Shown piece after piece: positions 27,802 through 36,190 of a DNA stretch of 39,235 nt (its first letter is position 1; each line of letters opens with the position of its first letter). The DNA comes from a virus. Lineage: Duplodnaviria; Caudoviricetes. A program made the position numbers and the translations under genes. The notes beneath the pieces are model-generated. The model was not told the DNA's origin. It did not search any database and worked only from the letters and a program-made list of their open reading frames with translations. The stretch spans positions 1 through 39,235 of IMG/VR virus record IMGVR_UViG_3300037483_000224; one strand, given 5' to 3'.

Positions 27802-28530
27802 TTAAACTACGAGCAGTTTCTTTTGTTTCGCTTCCGAGAACAGGCGGTTATAGAGTTCGGGATTCTTCACATAAAGCTGCGACTTCTCGGTAATGTTCAT
27901 ACGCACGAATTTTTCGAGAGTCACTTCCCCATCCTTCGCACCTGGCTCGGGGGGATCTTTCTCTTCTCCATCAGCGCCTTTTCCGTCGCCGACACTCGTA
28001 CTCTTCGCATTACCTTTGACTGTTTTCTTTGCCGATTGAGCGATCTCATCTAGCAATTCGTCAGTCAACTCTTCGCCTTCTCCTAGTGATTCCAATTTCT
28101 TGTTCACTAGAAACTCGAAGTATTCAAGCGCATCTTTCTGTATACCGTACTCAACCGCAGCACTCAGAATCGCGATGTTAACTTCCAATGCTGCTGTCTT
28201 ACTGGAAAGGCTTTTAATCTTTTCTTCGGGTTCTTCAGAATCATCCTCAATAACCCCAGCTTCGACTAATCCCTTTTTCAGTTTGCTCAGTTGCGAATCA
28301 AGGTTTTTATTCTTGGTTCGATGACTAGCACTTTCGGTTCGCAAATCTTTGATAAGTTTTTGGACTTTCGGATCTAGCTTTTCAAGATCAACTTGACCGC
28401 TGTCACCATCATCCTCGCTGACTTCTTTTTTCTCGTCAGCTTTCTTATCGTCTTGCTTACCTTTGTCCTTATCCTCAGCACCGGGCTGATCTTCGGGTTT
28501 CTTTTTTTCTTGATCGTCTACACCTGGCAT
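27802..28530 (-). CDS. Capsid scaffolding protein
   Basis: Acidic disordered N-terminus, IKDLRTESASHR coiled coil, C-terminal helix-turn-helix (NPELYNRL). ATG 28530 has a GGGAG RBS. Confidence 0.85.
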   Translation of the reverse strand: MPGVDDQEKKKPEDQPGAEDKDKGKQDDKKADEKKEVSEDDGDSGQVDLEKLDPKVQKLIKDLRTESASHRTKNKNLDSQLSKLKKGLVEAGVIEDDSEEPEEKIKSLSSKTAALEVNIAILSAAVEYGIQKDALEYFEFLVNKKLESLGEGEELTDELLDEIAQSAKKTVKGNAKSTSVGDGKGADGEEKDPPEPGAKDGEVTLEKFVRMNITEKSQLYVKNPELYNRLFSEAKQKKLLVV

Positions 28531-28575
28531 ACGACTCCCTTTCCGTCGCACCTGGCGACTGTATAAAAGTCTAAG

Positions 28576-29409
28576 CTACTTCTCCCAAACTTGTCGATAG
28601 GGAACTAGAATCGCTCGGTCGTTTGGTCGGTCAGGCGGTGCCATAAACACGCGCACTTTACCTTTATACGTGTATTTAAACGGTTCATCGACCCCCACAA
28701 TAGGATTTTTACGCGCTAACAGTTTAGAATCGTCGCCGGTTCGCGCATCCATGGGGTGAATCAAAGTTTTTTGAAGATCTGGCAAATAATCGTCGCGCAC
28801 ACCGGACATGCTTTTCATTTTCGCAATGTTGTATACGCCGTGAAACTCGGTACGCGCAATTCGGTGGAGCTTCCACTCTTCGCCTTGAAAGAACCGGCCG
28901 AGGTTTCTGACCACGGTTGATAGTGGGGCTTCCATTAGCGCCTGTGTGGAAAGCGTGGAGGTAATCTGAGAAATGAGATCCTGCCCATACGCATCGATGC
29001 TGCTCTCGTATTTGTTCAAGAGAAAATTATTCGTTTCCTCCATGACTAGCACGCGGTTCACATCGATAGGCGTCACGGCCCCCAGGAATTCTTTATCAAA
29101 CTTTCGGATTTCCGCTAACTGATGATCGACACCCTTGAGCGCCGATTCTTTTGCGAGATCATTCATCCCCGTCTTGAGTGAGGAGCTCATCGCTGCGATC
29201 GCCGCCTCAACCTGCACGAGCACGCCGCGTAGTCGCTGCGACGTGAACGTACCCTCGGGAATGTAGTCTAAGCGATCCCGGAGCTCCTGGCGCACTTCCT
29301 TGTAGCGCGTGAGAAGTTGCCGCGCTTGGCGCTCCTCTAACTTCAAAACCTCTTGAATGTGGTTTTCCACAATCCCCAGGCTGTCTACATTCTCGAAAAA
29401 ATCAGGCAT
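28576..29409 (-). CDS. Head morphogenesis protein (MuF / SPP1 gp7-like)
   Basis: RIARTE…DARTGDDS…PPDRPNDRAILVPY (Asp/Ser where other members have Cys/His). Confidence 0.85.
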   Translation of the reverse strand: MPDFFENVDSLGIVENHIQEVLKLEERQARQLLTRYKEVRQELRDRLDYIPEGTFTSQRLRGVLVQVEAAIAAMSSSLKTGMNDLAKESALKGVDHQLAEIRKFDKEFLGAVTPIDVNRVLVMEETNNFLLNKYESSIDAYGQDLISQITSTLSTQALMEAPLSTVVRNLGRFFQGEEWKLHRIARTEFHGVYNIAKMKSMSGVRDDYLPDLQKTLIHPMDARTGDDSKLLARKNPIVGVDEPFKYTYKGKVRVFMAPPDRPNDRAILVPYRQVWEK

Positions 29410-29410
29410 G

Positions 29411-30049
29411 TCAGAATTTTAGCGTGCCCTGCCCGGTTACACGACTTTTAAATTTAATCGGGATTTGCTGACTTCGCGGCATCCCTTTCATTCGCGCACG
29501 GGTAAACTTAAACAGATTCCCTAACCCTTTTACACCGAGGCGTCGGTAGTAAATCGCACCCGCAACACCGGCCACTGCACCTCCACCCGAAACGTCAGCG
29601 GTGATTCCTTCAGCAATGCTATCAGGATCATCGATGCGCTCAAGGCCCTGCGATAACACTGACCCACCCACCAGTGCACCGAAACCAAGGATCAAGTTTC
29701 GAGATTTGAAAAGCATTCGCGATCGAATCCTAGTTTTCACGGCCGCTTGCTGAGCAGATTTACGCGAGCCAACACCGGGAAGGAAATCGAACCCCATCTG
29801 CCCCGCCTGTGCGCGTCTTAGCGCACGATGCGCAACACCGAACTTTATTTTAGCTTCGGTGCGCATAGCGGCCGCTTTCCGAACGGCCCACGCTCCGGCT
29901 TCGCCTGCCGCCGCTGCGATACCGAATCCAGCGGCCCCGAGTGCACCAGCTTTGCCGAGCTCAGGTTTATCGGCTTTCTTACGGCGGATAGGCACAATGC
30001 GTCCCTTGATCTTTCTGAATACTACTTCACCTTTATTTCGATCTTTCAT
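29411..30049 (-). CDS. Basic Gly/Ala-rich protein with N-terminal FRKIKGRIVPIR motif (putative internal virion/ejection protein)
   Basis: Three Gly/Ala hydrophobic segments separated by Arg/Lys-rich stretches. Lies between portal and MuF. Confidence 0.7.
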   Translation of the reverse strand: MKDRNKGEVVFRKIKGRIVPIRRKKADKPELGKAGALGAAGFGIAAAAGEAGAWAVRKAAAMRTEAKIKFGVAHRALRRAQAGQMGFDFLPGVGSRKSAQQAAVKTRIRSRMLFKSRNLILGFGALVGGSVLSQGLERIDDPDSIAEGITADVSGGGAVAGVAGAIYYRRLGVKGLGNLFKFTRARMKGMPRSQQIPIKFKSRVTGQGTLKF

Positions 30050-30495
30050 TTTTTATTCCTTATAGGAACGATTCGGCCACGGATCTTCACAAAGCGAACA
30101 CCCTTCCCTCGCAAATTTATTTTTCGATCAGTAAGATTCTTCACAGCTTCGGCTGCTTGCTGACCAGCGGGGCGATTAGGGAATTGTTTTGATATTCGAC
30201 GAAACGCTTCTAAATTTGAGCTACTCCACTTTGCTTTTAATTTTAAGTGCTGCCCCCGATGCTCGCGTAAAGCAAACGCGGCCATTTTTCTATGCCGCTT
30301 TAACCCATCTAAGAGTCTTTTCCCTTTTCGCCCGGTGATTTCTTTCATGAGGCCATTAGCCTCACGTACTGCGGCAAGCGATCTAGGGTGAACGGTAGTT
30401 CGGATCTCCTTAAACGAAGAGAGCATCTTCTTTTGCGTATCAACAAAGTGATTTATCCGCTTTAAGTTTAGATGCGCCAGCTTTTTGATAGGCAT
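30046..30495 (-). CDS. Highly basic protein with C-terminal FVKIRGRIVPIR motif (putative internal virion protein)
   Basis: Coupled to the portal stop (TAATG) and to the next gene (ATGA). Very K/R/H-rich. Confidence 0.7.
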   Translation of the reverse strand: MPIKKLAHLNLKRINHFVDTQKKMLSSFKEIRTTVHPRSLAAVREANGLMKEITGRKGKRLLDGLKRHRKMAAFALREHRGQHLKLKAKWSSSNLEAFRRISKQFPNRPAGQQAAEAVKNLTDRKINLRGKGVRFVKIRGRIVPIRNKK

Positions 30496-32015
30496 TAGAA
30501 CGCTCCGAACGGATTAATCACCGGCTGCGCGGCAACCTTCGATAACTCCTCTTCGATGTTTTCAATTCCGAAATCTTTAGCCACCCATCGCAAAACAGTT
30601 TCACGCGAAATGATATTCGCATTCGCGGCCTGGAGGCCCACGTTTAACTTGTCGCGAAGATCCACGATCGTAAGCGGGAACACTGGAGGCCACTGTACAT
30701 TGATATTCAGGCTTTGGATCTTAAACTCAGGCGGAATCATGAGCCCGAAGTCAGCACCGTCTTGCATCAAGCGGAGCATGGTAATCGTGATCTTGAGCAC
30801 GAGCGCCACTAACTGCGGCTCTACGATCGGACGCATCTCATCGATGAGCTCCACGAATGGATCGTTGAGAATCTCCATTGCCTTACCCGATAGTGCATTC
30901 CCGTCGAGCTTCTCAGGATCGTGCAGCGTGATTCGCGCTGTATCTTGGAATGCTAAACGGATCGTGTCACGGAACTTGATCGCGGTTTCCACGGCACCCA
31001 ACTCGGACTCAAGGAAAGATGCTTTACCTTCGCGCCCCAAGTTCCAGGCTTTGGTGGACGATTTTATCAAGCCCTCGATCTCTTCGGAATCTAATCCTTT
31101 GATCGTGACTTGCGGCTCTTGGTTGTAACTAATCGCTTGCGAGCTCTGCGAAATGCTGTAGTTGATATCATCGATTAGATCAAGGTTGTCGGCCAGGAGG
31201 GAAGGCCCGTCCGGGTTGTGTTGATTCTCGCCTGTGCGGAACCACTCGCCTTGCACATAACCTAAATCATGCTGCACGCTTTCGACCACTTGGAACACCG
31301 GCTCGTGACTCTCTTTGTACTCAGGATTGTCATAAAGCGTATCGGCTAAGCGCCCGAGATCGAGTCGATACCACTTCTTTCGTGGCGCACCCTTCTCATC
31401 GATATCAGCCTCATCACAATAAACGTACTGAATCCGCACGCTCACGAGCTCATTGATAGAATCAAACACAGGGTAGCAATACTTCGAGTCATAGTGCTCT
31501 ACGTGAACAGCGGCCGACGCTTCGTCACTGACCATAGCCTTGAAGCGCACAAAAGTTGAGCCCACGGCGGTAAGCCTTCGCATCGGCTCAGCGAGCTTCG
31601 CCTGGAGCCTGGTCATCTTCACGATCGTCTGAATTAGTTGCTCCGTGTCAGGATCTTCCTCGATCACTAGCTTAGGAAACGTGTTCTTACCAACGAGCTT
31701 GGCCGCTACGCGTGCCGAAAACACTTTCGCCAGGTTGTATGTGAGGCGCGGCTTTCGCTGTCTGACGGGCACGTAGTCGCCATCACACGAGGCCCTGTTC
31801 GCGGCCTCCCAATCCATCAGGCCATCGTACTGGCGGTTCTCGTAGTACGAATCATACTTTTCGAGCTTGTCCGATCGGTAGAGCCGAACCTTGCCACCAG
31901 GTTGAGAGATTATCCCTAGGTTGAAGGCTACACGTTTCGCGCTACGCGATAGGTTCGAGAAGCTACGCGAGGAATTCATCTCGGTGCGCTTCTTAGGTGG
32001 GATGTAATCTGGCAT
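30495..32015 (-). CDS. Portal protein (SPP1-like)
   Basis: YDSYYE…YNLAK…NALSGKAM…ISRETVL. Follows terL and has an AGGAG RBS. Confidence 0.9.
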   Translation of the reverse strand: MPDYIPPKKRTEMNSSRSFSNLSRSAKRVAFNLGIISQPGGKVRLYRSDKLEKYDSYYENRQYDGLMDWEAANRASCDGDYVPVRQRKPRLTYNLAKVFSARVAAKLVGKNTFPKLVIEEDPDTEQLIQTIVKMTRLQAKLAEPMRRLTAVGSTFVRFKAMVSDEASAAVHVEHYDSKYCYPVFDSINELVSVRIQYVYCDEADIDEKGAPRKKWYRLDLGRLADTLYDNPEYKESHEPVFQVVESVQHDLGYVQGEWFRTGENQHNPDGPSLLADNLDLIDDINYSISQSSQAISYNQEPQVTIKGLDSEEIEGLIKSSTKAWNLGREGKASFLESELGAVETAIKFRDTIRLAFQDTARITLHDPEKLDGNALSGKAMEILNDPFVELIDEMRPIVEPQLVALVLKITITMLRLMQDGADFGLMIPPEFKIQSLNINVQWPPVFPLTIVDLRDKLNVGLQAANANIISRETVLRWVAKDFGIENIEEELSKVAAQPVINPFGAF

Positions 32016-32024
32016 GTTGCTCCT

Positions 32025-32510
32025 CTAGGAGTATCGCTTCAAATAGTCAATGGCCCGGCCAAACAGCACAGGGTTGTCCTTAAATAATCCTAACCCTTGA
32101 TTACACTTAGCGCAAAGCAGTCCCCGCACTTTCCCGTTCTCGTGGTTATGGTCTACGTTTAGAGAAGTTTTAAGCGCCGACGAGTGGACCCCACATATCG
32201 CGCAGGAATCCGCTTGCTCCCTTTCCATCTCTTTATACCGTTCCAGTGTAATCCCGAACCGATACCAAAGGCGGTAGCCTTTTTGCTTTTCCCGGCCGGT
32301 GCCGGTCGTGTATCGGCGTTGCTGCTCTTTGTACTTCTCCGTGTGGCGATAACGAAAGATCACGGCCTTTCGTTTCTCGGACGCAGCATAGTTCACCTGG
32401 TATTTCTTTCGGCATTTTTTACAATGCGATGACCGCCCGTCTTTTTTACCCTTCTGCGTATGAAAGTCAGAAAAATCCTTCTGAACTTTACACTTAGGAC
32501 AAATTTTCAT
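32025..32510 (-). CDS. Endonuclease VII-type (HNH) free-standing endonuclease
   Basis: N-terminal CPKC…CKKC Zn finger; C-terminal CAICG…VDHNHENGKVRGLLCAKCNQGLG. Confidence 0.9.
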   Translation of the reverse strand: MKICPKCKVQKDFSDFHTQKGKKDGRSSHCKKCRKKYQVNYAASEKRKAVIFRYRHTEKYKEQQRRYTTGTGREKQKGYRLWYRFGITLERYKEMEREQADSCAICGVHSSALKTSLNVDHNHENGKVRGLLCAKCNQGLGLFKDNPVLFGRAIDYLKRYS

Positions 32511-34156
32511 CTTCCCCCCATCGGATTTACGCTTAGCTCAGACATTCGATAGCGATTATTTACCAGATTCCAAAGCATTTCCAGCGTATCACCGCAATCG
32601 TCATAATCGCCGTGCGGAAAATCCTCAAGCTGATTCATAAACTCAGTGCCCAAGTTTCGGTTAAACAAGATCCAGCCGTTCGTGACTTTGGGCTCTAACG
32701 TGTAAATCCTTTTCTCTTTATTCTCCATGTTTTCAACGTCATAGAAAGAAAGATTTAGTTTTTTACCAAGTTTGCTCTCGATGCGCGTTCGCTCGGCCAC
32801 GATATTCTGCATCAGTAAATTTCGATAAAGGTTTGTTTCCACAGCGAATTTCTCGTAGTGATAGACCGCGTGCTTCTCGAAAATCTCCCTTATGTACTCG
32901 GTCGGCGGCTTTCGCTTGGTCCAATCGTCGTGCACGAAAAGACGATTCTTGGCGTCACTAAAGCCCGTCAGCAAACAAGTGTAATCGCCTAGCTTTCCTT
33001 TCTTGGCTTTCGTCTGACCGGTCGAGGGGTCCATTGCTCCATACGCTCGCATGTGATCGAACGGAACGAACACTCCTGTTTTCTCGATGACGAATCCCCG
33101 CTCGTTTCCGCGAGTCTCCTCGTGATAGAAATGAAATTCACTGAACACCTTATCCTCGGCTCCCAGGGGTTCATTCTGTTTTTCTTTCATGAACGACGGG
33201 CGGCCGATCTCGATCATCTCTTTCATGAGAAATAAATATGATTCGCGATCCGGCCACAGCACATGCGTGCCCTTGAGCATCTCGTCTTTGCGCTCGTGGA
33301 AAAAAGCATCGGAGTCAGCCAGGCGTGTAGGGTTGTCGATATTGATTAGGATCTTCCGCCACTCTTCCCAAAGATCCTTGCGCTCGGCCCACGAGATCAC
33401 AGACTTGTAGAGCCTTCCGTTGTACATCGGATTTTTCAGGAGATTCTTTAGAAGTGAATCGCGGTGGAGAACCGTACCGATGAGCTCAATGTTCACGTCC
33501 TTAGCCCCGGCTTTGACTACATCCTCGTGAAACCAATTCTCGCGCTTCTTTCTCAGCGCCTCATTGAACACTTCTTCCGAGTGCTCCACGTCATCGAGAA
33601 CTATTTTAGATGGTCGAAAAGGGCCGAATCGAATTCCACGTATTTGTGCGCCCGCCGAAAAGCCCTGTACCTTGACCTTAAAATTTCCATTGTGAACGAT
33701 GAACCCGCTCTCATTGACTCGCGAGCTCGGAAAGCGAAGTCCGAAATCGATAGCCAGGCGAGGGTTGTTAAGTATCTCGTTCCGAATGTCCTGAAGTTTT
33801 TGGACAGTCTGCGCATCTGTATTTGAGATAATGACGATGAACCGCTCCAAGCGATAGCAGATATCATGGAGGCATTTAATAAGGGCTTTGTGCGTTGACT
33901 TTGCGTAGCCACGAGGCGCGCCGCGTGCACGTCTAATACCTCTTTCACCGAATTGAGTTTCGAGGAAACTGTCGCGATGAAATTCGTTAAATGGATCTGT
34001 ACAAAAATGCGGAAAATAGTAAGCCGCAAATAGCTCCAGGTCAGTAGCGCAACGAGCCCATAGCGTATAGTGAACCTTACGTTCATCGCTTCTGTAGCTT
34101 TCCAATAGTGCCGAGAAGCTCTCCGAAGAAAGATTCGCGGTCTGCTGAATCGTCAT
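32507..34156 (-). CDS. terL: Terminase large subunit (start uncertain)
   Basis: APRGYAKST (Walker A), IVLDDVE (Walker B), IGT (motif III), MDPS…GDYT and DDCGD nuclease motifs. Confidence 0.93.
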   Translation of the reverse strand: MTIQQTANLSSESFSALLESYRSDERKVHYTLWARCATDLELFAAYYFPHFCTDPFNEFHRDSFLETQFGERGIRRARGAPRGYAKSTHKALIKCLHDICYRLERFIVIISNTDAQTVQKLQDIRNEILNNPRLAIDFGLRFPSSRVNESGFIVHNGNFKVKVQGFSAGAQIRGIRFGPFRPSKIVLDDVEHSEEVFNEALRKKRENWFHEDVVKAGAKDVNIELIGTVLHRDSLLKNLLKNPMYNGRLYKSVISWAERKDLWEEWRKILINIDNPTRLADSDAFFHERKDEMLKGTHVLWPDRESYLFLMKEMIEIGRPSFMKEKQNEPLGAEDKVFSEFHFYHEETRGNERGFVIEKTGVFVPFDHMRAYGAMDPSTGQTKAKKGKLGDYTCLLTGFSDAKNRLFVHDDWTKRKPPTEYIREIFEKHAVYHYEKFAVETNLYRNLLMQNIVAERTRIESKLGKKLNLSFYDVENMENKEKRIYTLEPKVTNGWILFNRNLGTEFMNQLEDFPHGDYDDCGDTLEMLWNLVNNRYRMSELSVNPMGGR

Positions 34157-34655
34157 CTTTGTTTCTGTCGAATAGTCCCACATGTTTCACCAACACCCCT
34201 AAAGCTATACCATCGTCCTTCAAACGAACGCTTTTGTCAGTCCCGAATTTCGTTTCTCGGATCGTTACCTCGGTCACGTTGTCGAGCCCACGCTTCTTTA
34301 ATTCCTTAGAACTCTTGAGAGTGATTTTGTTGTTGTCCCATTCCATCAGATCACTCAGCTTCGCGTTGCAGCGATTCCATAGAAGTTCGAGCACTTGATC
34401 TTGCGTAATTTGAAGACGTTTGTTGCGTGCCGCTTTTAATTCCGCGATTCGCGCAGAAACCCTAGCGTTTCCTAGCAGCTTTGGTCCATTCGCATCGGCT
34501 GTGGAATCTGCGCACTTATACACCGCTTTGTAAGCGTGAGTAGCGTTCAGATGTTTTAGAAACTCTTGGCAGAATAGCTCTTGCTGTTCGGTGAGCTTAC
34601 CGGCCTTGCCTCCAGGTGCCTGACCTGAATCAAGGGCTTTTTTGGACTTCGGCAT
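34083..34655 (-). CDS. terS: Terminase small subunit
   Basis: LTEQQELFCQEFLKHLNATHAY…LLGNARVSARIAEL. Confidence 0.9.
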   Translation of the reverse strand: MPKSKKALDSGQAPGGKAGKLTEQQELFCQEFLKHLNATHAYKAVYKCADSTADANGPKLLGNARVSARIAELKAARNKRLQITQDQVLELLWNRCNAKLSDLMEWDNNKITLKSSKELKKRGLDNVTEVTIRETKFGTDKSVRLKDDGIALGVLVKHVGLFDRNKDDDSADRESFFGELLGTIGKLQKR

Positions 34656-34685
34656 CTAGCCTCCCTCCCTTCCTTGGTTCTCTCC

Positions 34686-34715
34686 AGAATACGACGCCAG
34701 GGGGGTTAAAAGCAA
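34686..34715 (-). promoter_or_regulatory. Possible promoter upstream of terS
   Basis: TTGCTT-N18-TATTCT on the minus strand, about 30 nt before the terS ATG with a strong GGAGG RBS. Confidence 0.3.
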
Positions 34716-34758
34716 TGTCCTGTACTGCTTCATGTGATTTCAATAACTTACAGACTTA

Positions 34759-35062
34759 CTGTCCCCTGCTGTCCCTATGCTGTCCCCCCCTACTGTCCCC
34801 ACTAATTCTTCTTTCTTTTCAATAATTTATAAATAAAAAATAGAAAAAGGGACAGCAGGACAGTAGAAATGCCCAAAAGTTTTTGGAAAAAAATACGGTA
34901 TTTCTGAAAAAAATTAACGCTGCTATTTGGCTAATTCTCCAGAAACTTTTAGAGCAAAGTGCTGTCCCCCCTGTCCATGTCAAAAATGAGCCTAATTGTA
35001 TAAGAATTACTACCACTTACAGAGGCAAGGGTGGGGCCACTAGAAATGCTCTGTACTGTCCC
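34759..35062. repeat. CTGTCC(C) iteron cluster around an AT-rich core (candidate ori or pac region)
   Basis: CTGTCCC at 34759, 34769, 34780, 34793, 34962 and 35056; CTGTCC at 34971; inverted GGGACAG at 34849 and GGACAG at 34858; AT-rich stretch 34801-34848. Confidence 0.8.
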
Positions 35063-35321
35063 ACGCGCTATAAACCCCTGGGGATGACTCGACGCGTTCA
35101 GATTTCCCTGTATTTTTTACACGAATTTTAGGTGCTAGTAGATCGGAAAGATCAAGATAAGTGGTGCATGCGCACCGCCCCTTTTTTGTATAGCTACCTG
35201 TGTCAAAACCTTCATATATACAAGCCACCTGGCACTTTGCGCTAAGCACCAAAGTGAGAACGAGAAAGTCACAAAACTTCCTCCATTTAACGCATTGCCC
35301 CATATATGCCATACATGACAT
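35040..35321 (-). CDS. Hypothetical small Cys-rich protein (start uncertain)
   Basis: Hydrophobic FLVLTLVLSA followed by CQVAC…CAC. Same strand as its neighbours. Confidence 0.4.
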   Translation of the reverse strand: MSCMAYMGQCVKWRKFCDFLVLTLVLSAKCQVACIYEGFDTGSYTKKGRCACTTYLDLSDLLAPKIRVKNTGKSERVESSPGVYSAWDSTEHF

Positions 35322-35353
35322 TATAAAAGGTTTTTGTCATGCAGTATAGGGCA

Positions 35354-36190
35354 TCACGAATCGCGAATCGTGATAATTCGCATCTTGGCGATCGGCTCAA
35401 GATCCTTGTTTCCTTTGACGTAATCTTTTACCCAGGTGAACCCTTCGACGCAGTATTCACCAGTGCGATCCTTACCAATGGTGTTCGTCTTACGCCAATG
35501 TCCTGACACGCGCCAGGAGTGCTGCCAGTCGATCTTTCCGCCGGTAACGGCCGCATACGAATCGCGAATCGCTTTTCTCGGGAGAACGTGAATTATGCGC
35601 TTAACCTCGTGGTACTTGCGCGAGCCGCGCTCCATGTATGGAACTACGAGAGAAGTTTTTTCCACGGCGAGCTCTTGGCCTTTGGTGAAGATCTCTGTGA
35701 ATAGTGCAAACAGGTGCGGTGAAATATCGTTGTTGTCGACGTCTTTGAAAACTGAGAACACGCCCCTGTGTTTATCGTCGGCCAGGAGGCTCCACGTGGC
35801 TGTGGTGTAAAGCCCTGGCGCTCGCTCGTGAATCATAAGCGAGATGCACATGGCGTTTGAGAAGTGTGGCGGGTTTGCGTAATAGAGCATCGGCGCGTGG
35901 GGCGACTCGATGAGAATGGTTTTAAAAGGAAGTGGTAGCGGTTCGCGAATCGTCCCCGGCGTTTTAGCGTACTTTGCGACGCGTTCTAGTTTCTGAATCA
36001 TCGCTTCTTTGCCCACGTAGAAGCATTCAGCGTTTAGGATTTCTTTCATGGGGATATTACTGCCCATGTGCTGAAGGGTTTGTGCGTTCTCCACGTATTT
36101 GCGTACCCCGAGCTTGAACCCTAGTGCGAAGGCGTTGTGCTCGGGCTGCAAGTCTAGCATGTTGCCCCTGGCGTCTTGATGGATGGTCAT
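35354..36190 (-). CDS. Hypothetical phage protein with C-terminal HSWRVSGHWR motif
   Basis: Start at ATG 36190 (ATGA overlap, GGGAG RBS). C-terminal GHWR…WVKDYVKG pattern. Confidence 0.8.
   Translation of the reverse strand: MTIHQDARGNMLDLQPEHNAFALGFKLGVRKYVENAQTLQHMGSNIPMKEILNAECFYVGKEAMIQKLERVAKYAKTPGTIREPLPLPFKTILIESPHAPMLYYANPPHFSNAMCISLMIHERAPGLYTTATWSLLADDKHRGVFSVFKDVDNNDISPHLFALFTEIFTKGQELAVEKTSLVVPYMERGSRKYHEVKRIIHVLPRKAIRDSYAAVTGGKIDWQHSWRVSGHWRKTNTIGKDRTGEYCVEGFTWVKDYVKGNKDLEPIAKMRIITIRDS

Noticed and set aside
34759-34863. Repeats as a CRISPR array
   Set aside because: Units are only 6-7 bp with 3-6 bp gaps and mixed orientation, and no cas genes are present.
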